This document shows, in pieces, positions 1-12,990 of a stretch of 64,000 nucleotides of DNA. The translations under genes were made by a program, and so were the position numbers. Origin of the DNA: Lytechinus pictus (lineage: Eukaryota); the NCBI RefSeq assembly GCF_037042905.1, contig NC_087254.1:22692001-22756000 (forward strand), in the 5' to 3' direction. The notes under the pieces were generated by a model. That model was not told the DNA's origin and made no database searches. It saw only the letters and a list, made by a program, of their open reading frames with translations. Position 1 is the first letter of the stretch, and the number at the start of each line of letters is the position of its first letter.

Positions 1-316
1 CGTTCGACCACACCCAAGTAAGAATGTTGATATAATGTAGCAGTGGAATATCTTCTTTTTTTTTGGGGGGGGGGGCATCCGGGAGGAGAAAATCTGGGCC
101 TTTTCAAAATCTGACACCTTGTCTAGTGCTGGAAATGTACCCAGTCCAAATGTCCCTTGTTGCATCTTAAGTTTCTGTTCATAAAAAAAAACTTAAAAAC
201 ATATATACGGTCAATTGCCCTGTTATACGCCCCTTGAAATTGCACACGGGCACCCTTACCCCCATCCCCCACCCCTGGATACGCCTCTGAAAAGAAATGT
301 TAAAGATTGTAATTAC

Positions 317-3225
317 CTTGGTAGCATGGCTTCGTATATGAGTGCTACTGATAGATTGATGAGGGCTGCAGCTGTAGCCCAGGTAGCATAGATAGCTAGG
401 CCGTTATGCACCAAGACTCTATAGGCCCAAAGATCAGATCTAACCACCAAAAATGAAATTATTAAAATAATTGAAAATGAAATAAGAATATATTTATATA
501 TCGGAAATAAATTTGTGGTTTATTGTAATCATGGAAAGGAAAGAGTAGGAGGGGAGTTCCAATGTCCAGAGACTCGGGACACTTAAGCAGATGAAAACGT
601 TGTCTTTCGCTCTGATTATCTCATAATATATGCATTAAATATCACAAATAATCGTGAATGTTTGTGACTTGTTTTATTATCTTAAATTTACTTCCAAACA
701 ATTTATGAAATATTGCATGCTAATCATTGAAATTTCCGTCCGAAAATACAACTGGGTAAACTGTCGACAAACGTGGCTAATCATTTACTCTCAAGTGATC
801 GACTGATCGAGAATGATGAAAGAGGGCGAAGACCAAACGACAATGTTTCCGGACCCCACTCCCCCCCCCCCCCGCAACGTGATTGTCCCATGTCTAGGTG
901 AATACGTGCCCCACCCTCAATCTCATCCTACACTTTCTCTCCCCCTCCCCCTCTCTCTCTCTCATTAAACTACGTTTCTTTTCTGTGCATATCCATACCT
1001 TTATTTTTCTTAGGTAAGTCCTCCAATTTCCCCTTTTTACACATCAATCGCTATAAGATGAACTTTGGTCCTTCTTATCCCGCCGATCTATACCACAGTA
1101 ATGGATGTAACGGCGAATAATTATTCATTAAAATAAATGTCTTTAATAAATTAGTTTCATAACGATTTGCAAAACGTTAGCCTTGCACCTAGTCATTGAA
1201 TTAAATTTTATGGACTTGTAAAATTAAAGTTGATTAGTCTTAAAGTTAATAGTGCCCTCTTTAATATTTTCTGTTTCATATTTATTTTTGTCGTTTTCAA
1301 TAAAGGCGTTTACTTTAGAATCTATAAGTGCTTCATTATTTTTTTTAGTACTCATTTCGTTACTTTTCCATTGTATTAGGTATAATACGTTTTCCATACA
1401 TTTCGGTTGCTAACTTTTATCGTTTTAATTCATTTGTCAAATTGTGACATTTCGGTTGGTACCTCAACTCCTACTAATCTGCTTTTCTTATTTTTACCGC
1501 AAGGTGGCACAGTTTTCCTCTTTTTGTTTTGTTTGAACAAAAAAATAATAAATAAACATTTTAGTAGTGATAGTCAGTCATTTATTTTCTATTGTCAATT
1601 TTGTTGGCGACTATTACATCATTTTTTGCAAGTTGTAGAACATGCATTGCTTTTTGAAAATTGCCAAACAAAATGAACAGGGGTTTTTCCTTTGGTCCTT
1701 CCTGTTATGAAATTCGTGGTTTGTCACTTTCCCCAACCCCATTACCCTCTGTTAGTACTGTAGATCATAAGTTATTTTGGCAATCTTTTTGTGTCTTTTA
1801 CGATTATTGAAACCAATCTTCTTCACGTTCACTAAAATAAAACATAAAAAACATGAAGTTAAGTTTAAAGTTACTCTGAGGTTATTCTCAGAGACTATCG
1901 AACCGCATCATTTATGGTTTATAAGATACAGCAAACCTACTCTGCATAGTCTTTGAAGTCGGTCAGATACTGGTAGACATTGGTGAGGCTGATGTACAAC
2001 CCTACGTAGATGGTTAGTGCGATCAGAAAGAGAGCTAACGTAGATCTAGTTAGGTACTCCCGATCCCACAAGAATAGCCACAGGATGTTGGCAACATTGT
2101 TGATCATGTAGCTGTTGAGGAACATGACCGTTGTCGCAGGTGGGTTGAGGTAGACTGGTCCACGGCTGTTTGATCGACATAAGGTCGTCAGGATGTAGAT
2201 GATCCAGGCAAAGTTCCAGAGGTAGATGAGACCCCATATGCTGAAGGTGTACCCGGCGGGGGTGACCGGGGTGGGGTACTTGCTCGAGATTACCTCATGA
2301 GTGCTCTTGAACCATCCTTAGTGGTGAAGATAAAGGGGGAAATATCGAAACACATTCTTATTTGCTTAGGTTAATCAACAACACGAAAGTATGATGGTTG
2401 CCTTTACTTCACATGATTTCCCTGATTGTCCAGTCTGATTCGCCCAACCAGTCTGAGCTAGGCAAGCATGCATCGCCATAACTCTGTCTATAAGCATATG
2501 GATTTATCTCTTTGGAAGCAATAACTTCACAATAATTACCGTTGCTTTGGCCAACCAACGTGCTTCTGATTGCTTACAAAAGTCAGTGTATACACCTTGA
2601 ATATTACCATGATTACGCCTGTTGCTTTCCGTAGTTGTGTTCGATTTGATCAACTGTAACGCTGTAAAAAGAGGATATTGCTGATTTTGGTATGCGTTCA
2701 GTCTATTCTCTTAGGCTCTGTTGCTGCAGCAACGATGTAATACTTCTCTCTGCCTGTTGAATTTTGAGACAAATTCGATAGAGGTGACGAGGCAACACAA
2801 ATCTAGTCTACCTTGATTGCCAAGATTGCATGCGGGAAATTAGCACTTTATTCATTACTTGTATGTGTATAGTAATTAACTTCTATTATAGTATTTAATG
2901 CTCTCGGGAAAGGCCCCGTCCTGGAAACTTAAAGCCCTGATTAAGTTTTCAGTTGCGTTCTAAACTAACGTCGTTGGTAAATTGCTTTTCAAAACGCCTC
3001 TTTTTTCAACGTTTCGCGTTTACGTTTCGAAAAACATTTATTTATACAACTGAGAAAAATCGATTGGGCGGAATTATGATTAGACAGAAACGCTTTGAAA
3101 ACATTGAACGAATCTTTACCAATTGACAACGGACTCTCAGGTCCAATAGATGCCTGAAAGGTGACAAACTGAAGAAACAGGAAGAGAATGAGGGTGCAAA
3201 CCGATGCTACCACCACGGATTCCAT
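317..3225 (-). CDS. TspO/TSPO-like multi-pass membrane protein, paralog 1 (3' partial). Coding exons complement(3120..3225, 1941..2316, 317..439); last exon lies left of the window
   Basis: GT-AG introns in phases 1, 2, 2. Exon lengths of 106/376/123 nt equal those of paralogs 2 and 3. The translation contains YPTPVTPAGYTFSIWGLIY, GPVYLNPP, NNVANILWLFLW and HNGLAIYATWATAAALIN (TSPO TM2/TM3/TM5-like). A possible 5' UTR intron lies at 3237..3338 and a TATATAAG at 3423..3430. Confidence 0.88.
760..1228 (+). repeat. About 465-bp dispersed direct repeat, copy 1 (intron 2 of paralog 1)
   Basis: Near-identical to 5744..6205. Confidence 0.9.
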
Positions 3226-3465
3226 CTTGAACTCAGCTCGTTACAAAAGGAGAAAGAAAAGTCAAGGTCCTATACAAAAAAAGAGAACGAAAGAGGGGAA
3301 AACGATTAATAGAAAGCAACTTCTGATGGATGACTTACTGTGTTATAATGGGCGAACCGAGTAGATTTATCATTATCGAAAATTAACAAATTTGCCATAA
3401 TTAAAGCAGTACTACTGTTGTTCTTATATAGGGGTATACGCACCTGTCTCACTGGAACAAATCAA

Positions 3466-3720
3466 CACTGTAAAAAATTATTGGGTAAAAATTTAACCAA
3501 AACGAGGGTAATTATGTGTCCAACCAATTTGGGGCAGAAGTTTACCAATGCGGGAAGCATATTGTCCAATAAGGTTTAAAAAATAAGCAGCAATTACTTT
3601 AGAATTGGCAAGATTTTCATCACACCGGATAAATAAAAAAGCCCAAAAGAAATGCCTGATGTTGGTTGGACACATAATTACCATCATGGAGCATTTTTAC
3701 CAAATATTTTTTTTAGAGTG
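3466..3720. mobile_element. About 250-bp MITE with CACT..AGTG termini (CACTA/EnSpm-like); other copies at 10747..10975 and 12740..12990
   Basis: CACTGTAAAAAA / TTTTTAGAGTG TIRs, 2-bp flanking duplications (AA, TA, TA), and shared internal sequence in the three copies. Confidence 0.7.
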
Positions 3721-4863
3721 AACGACATTTTTTTTAAATTTGCGAGGCATGATTTCATCCAATTATTTTTTGGTAAGGCACAACATTTCCATAGTGTCAA
3801 AATGATGGTTACTGATAATTGAGTACCGTTAAATTGCGAGCAAGATATATTGCTCTATGTACAAAGGGTATCATGCTTTGATGTGCGGATGGTGTGAAAT
3901 AGTAGCTGGGATGGTTTTAATCTTCCATTACAGTTTTCTGTAAAAAAAAAGTTTCGGAGAGGACAAAATAGAACATTAATTGTCTTCGAAATGGGTGGAT
4001 AAACATGTGTTCTTTTAGACATTTATTATCAAATCAAGTAATATGTAATTATGCGTTAAGATACCGATTCAGAGACAATACTTCTGGAGAGAATTAGCAG
4101 CCCATTTTTTGTTAACATCCCCCCCCCCCCAGGAATTATCTGTACTTCTGCAGTTTTCATTAAATCGCATTTCAATGATAAACTCTGATAAAGATGTGTG
4201 GGCTCAAACTTGCTACAAAAAGACGAAATGAGACAGTAATGTTGGCTTATTATGCCAGACACGGTCATATTTCTAGAAGAGCGCTTGTATTTCAAAGTTG
4301 TTTCCTTGAAATGTTGCTCTAACAGTGTCAATAGCTCGCCATCTTAGATTTGCATCTTTTTATATTTCTTTTTAATGATGAAGAGAAAGCCTTGTATATA
4401 TACACAGATTGTAAAACAACCGTTAGTGAAATACAAAACATGTTCATAATTGTTATCAAAATACTCCTGAAAAATATTCAATTTTCGGGTCAATATATCA
4501 AAATATTCAGCTCGCGATTCGGACTTGCATCAATTATTTTACGAATTACGTCCCGGGGATATGTTTTATGTTAACGATTATAAATTGTGCTTCAAATATC
4601 ACTTTTCAAGTCAATATAGCACAAATTTCAGCTGCCGCACCTTATTTGCTGAATGAGACATGTTTACGGCTACAAAATGTACCTAATTTTTATTTTTCAG
4701 GTTAAATATAAATTTGAGTTCGCGCTTGGCGCACACATTATTTATTATTCTAATGTTTAATGTTCTGGAGATTCGTTCCATGTTCACGATTACAAAATTT
4801 TCCGTTTTCAAGTTAATGTATCCAAAAAACTTCAGCTCGGGTTTCGTTCTCACATTTTTCATT

Positions 4864-5090
4864 TAATAATAATAATAATAATATAGGGTATTTATATTGC
4901 GCACATATCCACCTTGTTAGGTGCTCAAGGCGCTCCTATATTACCCGGCTAAGCTAGGCGTTCATAGCGCACACAGCTTTTTAAGGAATTACTTCCTACC
5001 GGTACCCATTTACCTCACCTGGGTTGAGTGCAGCACATTGTGGATCAGTTTCTTGCCGAAGGAAATTACGCCATGGCTGGGATTCGAACC
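4864..5090 (-). mobile_element. 5'-truncated tRNA-derived SINE (a decayed relative lies at about 15070..15330)
   Basis: The minus strand starts at B-box GGTTCGAATCCC, has a central AACCCAGGTG..AAATGGGTACC core, and ends in a (TAT)n tail. Confidence 0.7.
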
Positions 5091-5743
5091 CATTTAGTGA
5101 GATACGTACCATTTTAATAAATTTCGGTAATAGTCCTAAAAATGTCAATTTTTATTTCAGTGTATTTCAAATTTCAGCTCGCGCTTCGCGCTTTCATTAT
5201 TTCTTTCCTGGAGACAGAGGTGTCAATCATGGGGAATAACCGCCCCCATAAAATATTTGGATAGGCAAATAACCCTTTGAAAGTGGTTTTGTTCTTCTTT
5301 AGAAATCCCAAGTTATGGCAGCCATGAGTTCAAGTTGACGTATCTATATGAATTTGCTGCCTATCGTGCAATATATTAAACAAAGTTAGCCATAGAGCAT
5401 GGTACGATGCGGCACATAGTTCACTGCTATTGTAATCAGGGACAACAATCGAGTTTAGAAAACAAATTTGTCTGAATTTCACATTTCAGTTAAATTTTTT
5501 AGGACCCCGGATGGGACTCACTGTATACAGAACAAACAACTACTGTATTTCGTGTGCAAAAGGTGATGATTACTATGGTGATGGTACCAGTCAAGAGCTG
5601 AAAAAAATCTTACCTGTTTATTGATTGACTCGGGGCAGACAACAGGATTACAATGCCGTTAATCTTTGACTTGGTGCATGAACAGTATATCGAGAACTAA
5701 TATTCTTGATCCTTTGTTTGCTAATAGACAATGACCGCACGTG

Positions 5744-6205
5744 ACTGTCGACAAACGTGGCTAATCATTTACTCTCAAGTGATCGACTGATCGAGAATGA
5801 TGAAAGAGGGCGAAGACCAAACAACAATGTTTCCGGACCCCGCTCCCCCTCGCAACGTGATTGTCCCATGTCTAGGTGAATACGTGCCCCACCCCCAATC
5901 TCATCCTACACTTTCTCTCCCCCTCCCCCTCTCTCTCTCATTAAACTACGTTTCTTTTCTGTGCATATCCATACCTTTATTTTTCTTAGGTAAGTCCTCC
6001 AATTTCCCTTTTTTACACCTCAATCGCTATAAGATGAACTTTGGTCCTTCTTATCCCGCCGATCTATACCACAGTACTGGATGTAACGGCGAATAATTAT
6101 TTCATTAAAATAAATGTCTTTAATAAATTAGTTTCATAACGATTTGCAAAACGTTAGCCTTGCACCTAGTCATTGAATTAAATTTTATGGACTTGTGAAA
6201 TTAAA
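5744..6205 (+). repeat. About 465-bp dispersed direct repeat, copy 2 (intergenic)
   Basis: Near-identical to 760..1228. Confidence 0.9.
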
Positions 6206-7439
6206 TGAACTGCCGTTCGTCGGGTAAAATAAAAATTTACAATCCAGCTTTGGTTCGGAGTTAAATTCTGTATCAAAGCCCCCGTCTATTATTATTGTTT
6301 TTTTTAATTTTTATTGATTACGTATGCCTACTTGTAAATACGAAAATAAACTTCGAAGTAAACTTCAGAAGTATAAGAACTTTCTCTTCCGATTTAGGAG
6401 GATTAATTTTTATTATTATCATTATATATCACACTAAGTATGAATTTAATACTAAAAAAAAATTGATGGCAAAAAGAAGCTGCTGAAAACTGCTTATCTA
6501 ATAAAAGAGAGCCAATGGAGTAAATTAGAAAGTCAAAAGGGGCCTAAGCTTTCGATCCTAGCAGAATCTTCGTCGGAAGCAAAAAAATTAACAAATACGC
6601 ATGGATGTAATATACTGGTTGTTAAAAAGGAATCCGAAAAGTCACATTTTGGGACAGAAATATTAAATTCGATACTTCTTTTTTTTGTCAGTCTAATGCT
6701 TTTTGCATGTAAATTATAGCATTGCAGAACCACTCATCACTAAATATCATTGTTCTGAACACTATTTTGGAAAGTTCACCTTGCATAGAGAACAAATGTC
6801 AGTTCAGAAATAAGATAAATCAGAAAATGAATAAATAATAAGAATTATGAGCACTTGTTCATTGGAATGTATTTTTCTAGTTAAGAGCCTTTTTTTTAAA
6901 GAACATATTGATTATATATTTCATTAAACACACATTTCAATAAAGAGTTTTTTTATATATTTTCATTAGCCGAGCATATTCGTGTCCCGAGAAGGTTACC
7001 GACCAACTAGCTATTCTTTTAGAACATGATATGCAAACTACAGTGGTCCTTGAATCCGAATCAAAGTGTCTTTGGAACTTTGTGCTTCAAGGTCATTATA
7101 AAGGTGATAATTGCCTGCGCTTTCAAATATTTTTGTTAAAAATCTCTCTTTCCTTTCTTTTATAGGATGTAGTATCTCAAAGATTTATTCATTGTCTTGT
7201 GGAAAGTTTGAAAGTAATTCTAACAAAAACAACAGCATCAACCAACAAAAAGTGCAATTAAGCAAATATTAAACATTTATATAAAATATGACTGCTCTCC
7301 CTGTATACTTCTTGCTTTCCCGATCTCTGTACTTCTCTTATAGTATGTTGTTTTCGATGGTTTCTTCTGAGTCATTGATACACATAAGTTATTGTCAAGC
7401 AATCAGACTTAATTCTTTAATTTTGTAGATACAACTCCA

Positions 7440-7637
7440 TGTTTAATCGCGGCTAAGCACCAAGCTTAAGATAAAGGAATTAACTCGGAGTTAAGGCACT
7501 ACCTTGTACAGAAGGAGATCGAAGCATAATTTGAAACAAGTTAGTTTTTCTACCGTCTTTGCAGCGTCTGCAGTAAATACCTTTGCCTACCTCTGATAAA
7601 GCTGTGGAATAGTTCTGGTGCATGTTATAGCGTGAGT
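7440..7637 (+). promoter_or_regulatory. Conserved promoter/non-coding first exon of paralog 2 (homologous block at about 16040..16242 for paralog 3)
   Basis: Alignable non-coding sequence in both paralogs (AGATAAA..GAATTAAC, TAGTTCTGGTGCAT). Both blocks end in a GTGAGT donor (7632 and 16237). Confidence 0.6.
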
Positions 7638-7799
7638 ATATTGATGTAGATTTTTGAAATATATATAAATAATAAAAAATCGTCTTCAAATAAGAAATTT
7701 TTTCTTGAACATCATCATCAGCGTTATCATGCATGAATCAGCCACTATTTTAAATTTATCTCCTTTCCTTTTCCTCCAGGTAATAACATATCGAGTAAG

Positions 7800-10700
7800 A
7801 TGGATGTCGTACCACAGTTGACCGTCCTAGTACTTATTGGATTCCTTTTAACTCTCTTCTTCAACTTTCAAGCCGGTATTGGCCCAAATTCCGACTTATC
7901 ATTAGGTAAGGAGCTTTACAATAATATAAGTCAGAGGCTATGCAAGGGTGTTTTAGGAGGGACTGGGAAGAACTTAAATGGGTAGAGGCTGGATATGATA
8001 TAATTTGAACATATTCAAAATCAGACAAACAGAGCATAGAAGATTTCATTACAAAATCGGACAAGGAATAACAAAGTTATTACATTTTCGAGTTTTGCAT
8101 TTCTTCGGTAAAACATTTCGATCTTGATGAATATGCAATGAACGAGCTGATGATATCATCCCCCAACTTATTATTTTGCCATGTTTTTATTTTATTACAT
8201 GAAATCAAAATTATTCTAACTTTGTCGTCCAAGAATGTAGACATGGAAATTTAATATTGATTTAATATGTATGATAATAATTGCTGCAACCTACTTGCTA
8301 CAAGTAAGACACGTTCTGAGACATGTTAGTTCCACGACCAGATCCCTCTTTTCATTATTCTTTTTCCACATTTTCCTAAAAAAAAGATTTCTGTCAAAAT
8401 TTGATTTTATTACTAGAAACCATCTCGTAGTCATCGGTTTAACATGTTGCCATCAAATTCAATATCATTTTTTTTTAAGATGACTGGTAAAGTTAATCAG
8501 GTATAGTGGGTGACGAAAAAACTACTCTCATCAAAGAGGAGGCAATACCGAGCGAGTAATCGAATTCACAACCTTATGATCATGAGTCCAATGCTCTATG
8601 CACTAGACCATACGACCCAGTGGTCTATCTAATAATGATTATTAAGCCTTTAAAAAATAAAATGTGACCCATTTTGTTCCTTTAATAAAACACCTTATTT
8701 TCTAAAGATTCTACATTCTTTATCATGTTGATGAAAGAATTTTCCCTTTTCATTATATTTTTATTACAAATAGGAATTTTTCGAAACTCGATCGGGAACC
8801 TGTCCAACTTCTACCCGACGCCCGTCACCCCGGCCGGTTACACCTTCGCAATCTGGGGTCTGATCTACTCCTGGTTTGGCGCTTGGGTGATCTATGTCAT
8901 CACAACTCTCTTCAGGACCAATGATAAGGGTCCTGTATATCTTAACCCTCCTACAACCAGTCCTGAGTTTCTCATTGCAGTATGGCTGAATCTTACCCTA
9001 AATGTTACCTGGTTATTCGCATTCGACAGGACCACTTTTTACCTTAGTTTTGCAGCCCTGGCTGGCATAACAACAACGCTCTACATAGCGATCTCCATAC
9101 ATATAAGCAGGGTTTATGATTATCTTTTTGTTTTCAAAGAATATGGAGTGTAAGTTTCCTTTGATTATGTTTCCTCTAATCATCTTTCATTGGTTATTTT
9201 GGGGTTTTGTTAGTTTGTTTGCTTGTAGTAATTGTTTCTGTTGGGTTTAATTTTTTCTAATTATTATTACTGAGGCTTGCAATCATCACCTTGTATAGAA
9301 TATTTCCACACCATACTAGTAAGAAGCGGGGAATTATGATTTTATAATCTTGTATGTCCCAGTTGGGAATGACCCCTCTCAACTCTATAAAGATTGACTA
9401 GTCAGAGTGACGGTTATGACATTGAAAATTAATAAGCACATTCGCCCTGACGGAATCTTTGTTTAAAAACAAATTGCTGATACGGCTATCACTCCAATCC
9501 TAACAAATTGTTTCAATCTAAACATGAAGCTTAGTTCGGTACCCAGGTTTTGGAGGCCTTAGCTTCCATGACTCCTCTCCACAAGAGTGGTGATCTTCAG
9601 AGCATTGAAAACCCATTTCAATTTTCAGTGCCTGAACGTAAAATGTGGTGGAGCTCCTATTTACCATGTTTACCCACAAAGCGCACAGTTATAACATTCC
9701 TGAATTTCAATATGGCTTTCTCACAATGTCCATGTAAAACAAAAGTTTTCCCTGTTTTTTCCAATTTGGCAAAAGCTTTAGCCCAGTCCAAGCAATTTTT
9801 GTAATTTTTGGGGACTGTTTCCGCCAAACATTGACAATGTTAATCATTATATATTCAACAAGTACAATGTGGAATTTGAGGCAAACAGCACGTTGGGCTT
9901 GTTTTATTTCATCTCAGATTGGTAACTCTGATAAAGAGTAAAATCGGATAGGATTAGTACGCTACTCCTGGTGTGACACAAGGCTCCATTAATAGACCAA
10001 TTCTGTTTTATCATAAGCTGTTAGCCGATTAAACTAACACATTTTCCTCTCCTCCTCAATGATATAATAATAATAATGATGATGATGATGATACAGATAA
10101 TGATAATTATATAGTTACACTTATATAGCGCTTATACTTTGTGTCTCTAAGCGCTTTACATTGTTATTATTATAATTCCTGTCAATAAGCCGACAGTCTT
10201 TAATTGTGAAATCTATATACCACAAATGCTCTCATTTACTGTAAATAAATGGTCATATTGTCATCTTTTTTGGGGTCTCAATTTGATTGATTTTAGATTC
10301 GATCTGTGGGCCAACCGTGTTCTCATACAGAATGGACTTGCCTTATACGCTACTTGGACGACGGTCGCAACTAAAGTACAGCTTTCTATTGTTCTGCTCT
10401 ACAGGCTTGGACTAGACGAGTGAGTACACACGCACTTTTGTGAGATACTTTATCCTGTTAAAAAACATGGTCTTCTTTAATTGCAGTTTAATTAGTGAAC
10501 AATACATTTGATGTTTATTTTATGTTAATAAAAATTGCATTATGATGACATTAGAATTGAAAGAAGAGGTAGGCCTATACTTTTAAAAATGCCGGAGTGT
10601 TTACTTTACTGAATTATTGACACCTTAAAAAGGTTGGTCAAATTTGTCCGACTGATTAAATTGGTCAAAATCAACCCAGTTCCTGGTACATTTTACCAAC

Positions 10701-11362
10701 AACATTTTCTCGATTTTGACGATTTTTCTCAGTCGGGCACATATTACACTGTCAAAAAATATGGGATAAAATTTTTACCACCACGGGGGTAATCATGTGT
10801 CCAACCAATTTAGGGTAGTCCAGTATTAAGTTAAAAAAATAAGCAGCAATTACTTAAGAATTGGCAAAATTTTCATCACATTGGATAGATAAAAATGCCC
10901 AAAAGAAATGCCCAGTGTTGGTTGGACACATAATTACCCACATGGAGCACTTTTACCCAATATTTTTTTAGAGTGTAACCAAGAGAATGGTTATTCCTGC
11001 CAATCTCTTTTCGGATTGTACATAATTCAATTCATTTAAGCAAATATGAGTATTATGATCACGATAATGTTTTACATTAACTTTTTAATAAACGGTCCCT
11101 GACAGCTTTTCTTTAACATCAAATATTAGACTTTACTTTGTCACTTACCTGTGTTAGAAAAGGTACCGATATTTATAGTTAGGGGCCTATACTAGCTCGG
11201 TGCAGGTTTATCCTGAAACCTCCATTTTTCCTTTTAATTTTCAAATAAAGGATTTCAAATAAAGGATTCCGTACCAGAAAAAAATTGACAAGCAAAAAAA
11301 AAAAAAAAAAAAAGGTCTTCGATCACACAAATAAAGGATTCCGTACCAGAAAAAAAATGACA

Positions 11363-11402
<40 letters not shown>

Positions 11403-12485
11403 TCTTCGATCACACAAATAAAGGATTCCGTACCAGAAAAAAAATTGACAAGCAAAAAAAAAAAAAAAAAAAAAAAAAGGTCTTCAAGCTCGTCAGGGGG
11501 GCAATAAAGGTCTTCGAGCTCGTCAGGGGGGGCAAAAAAGGTTTTTCAAGCCCGTCAGGTGGGGCAAAGATACGTCTTTTGCATTGGTTGTGACTCGTCA
11601 GGTAGGTACGCTAGTGACTGTACCCTTTCTTTGCTTCAATAAATTATTATCACTCTACGCACCATTTTTCAAATCCTAAAACATAAATTGTGAATTATAA
11701 AGACTTAATTTGACATGTTTAGGGAAAGAGTGTCTTCTACAAGTGAATTCTACATTGAAATTACGAACGAGCAGAATATTTTGTACAAAGGAACAATTGA
11801 ACGATCTTCATGTAGCGACGAGGATTCTACATAATGTTCTCAGTGGCGTTATGAGCCAAAAATTTGAGGGGGCTAGATATGGCGTATCGCGTAAAATTTA
11901 TTTTAAAAACAAGTTGCGAGCGACTTATTACAAAATCCAATTATGTAAAAGATTTTGAAATGATATTCATAAAATAATATCATATTTCATCCTCTCTCTT
12001 TCCTGTTCTCCTTTTTTTAAATCTTGGTCAGCAAAAATTTTTTTTTTTTTGGGGGGGGGGGCAAGAGCCCCAAGCCCCCATCTGTACGCCAGTGTATGTT
12101 CTTTGAGTTATCAATAGTTCATGACATACATGGATATTAATTTTCCATTCTTTTGTGCCATTACAGGGAAACTACGACCTACATTTGTTTTGCGGTCCTC
12201 GCTGCCCAACTCATCACTTATTTCCTCCTGGACTGTTTTGTTTACGATCGATACTTTCGATATATTCTCATCGTCTACCCAGCGGCGATGTGGTCGTTGG
12301 GAGGAATCCTTGTCGCTAACGTTCGTGATCCCACCAGTCCACAGGCTGTTATCGGGTCGACACTTTTTGCCCTCGTCTTCGTCTTCTTTGTCATCAAAAC
12401 CATCTTGGTCATCGTTCGCGACCCCGTATACGTCATTGCAAAACAGAGAAAGGCTGATAAAGCCGCTTACACGCAACTGGTTTAG
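7800..12485 (+). CDS. TspO/TSPO-like membrane protein, paralog 2, 307 aa. join(7800..7905, 8774..9149, 10297..10419, 12167..12485)
   Basis: Canonical GT-AG sites give a 924-nt open spliced frame. Motifs TPAGYTFAIWGLIY, NLTLNVTW and NGLALYATWTTVATKVQ; C-terminus AYTQLV. A 5' UTR intron at 7632..7779 is shared with paralog 3. Confidence 0.92.
8440..8618 (-). mobile_element. tRNA-derived SINE head (same family as 40341..40590)
   Basis: Minus strand GGGTCGTATGGTCTAGTGCATAGAGCATTGGACTCATGATC matches the head at 40341. Confidence 0.65.
10747..10975. mobile_element. CACT-type MITE, copy 2
   Basis: Similar to 3466..3720; TA flanks. Confidence 0.7.
11257..11490 (+). repeat. Three tandem copies of a poly(A)-containing unit (CAAATAAAGGATTCCGTACCAG...GACAAGC(A)nGGTCTTC) in intron 3 of paralog 2
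   Basis: Direct repetition. A related non-tandem element is at about 34110..34357. Confidence 0.8.
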
Positions 12486-12739
12486 TGTTTAGTGAAAGTG
12501 AAAAAATTGAAAAAGGATAATGATAGTATTGTTAATGCCCCATTATATAGGATAATAATAACATAATTTTTGTTAATGATATCTGCCAATGAAGTTATTA
12601 CATTTTGATTTAGATTTCAGATTATCTTGAAATAATGATAATGGCTAGGTTTGATAATCACTTTCCCTGTGAATATATAGCACTTTTATGGTTTGTAAAT
12701 ATTATTTTAGATACCTTTCAAATAGTGTTCATTACTGTA

Positions 12740-12990
12740 CACTGTAAAAAATATTGGGTAAAATTTTAACCAGCACGAGGGTAATTATGTGTCCAACCAA
12801 TCTTGAGCAGTATTTTACCCAATTCGGGCAAGCATATTGTCCAGTAAGGTTAATAAATAAGCAGCAGTTACTTTAGAATGGGCAACATTTTCATCACACT
12901 GGATAAATAAAACTCCCCAAAGAAATGCCTAATGGTGGTTGGACACATAATTACCCTCATGGAGCATTTTACCCAATATTTTTTAGAATG
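12740..12990. mobile_element. CACT-type MITE, copy 3
   Basis: Similar to 3466..3720; TA flanks. Confidence 0.7.

Noticed and set aside
1-60. Fourth coding exon of paralog 1
   Set aside because: No polypyrimidine acceptor and no similarity to exon 4 of paralogs 2 and 3. The exon must lie outside the window.
11255-11593. Poly-Lys and poly-Phe ORFs (also the poly-R/K ORF at 37815..38036 and the poly-I ORFs at 18046..18306)
   Set aside because: Translations of poly(A), AG-rich and (AAT)n tracts.
12111-12492. Antisense and alternate-frame ORFs over real exons (also 19134..19521 and 47549..47908)
   Set aside because: Shadow ORFs of the coding exons.
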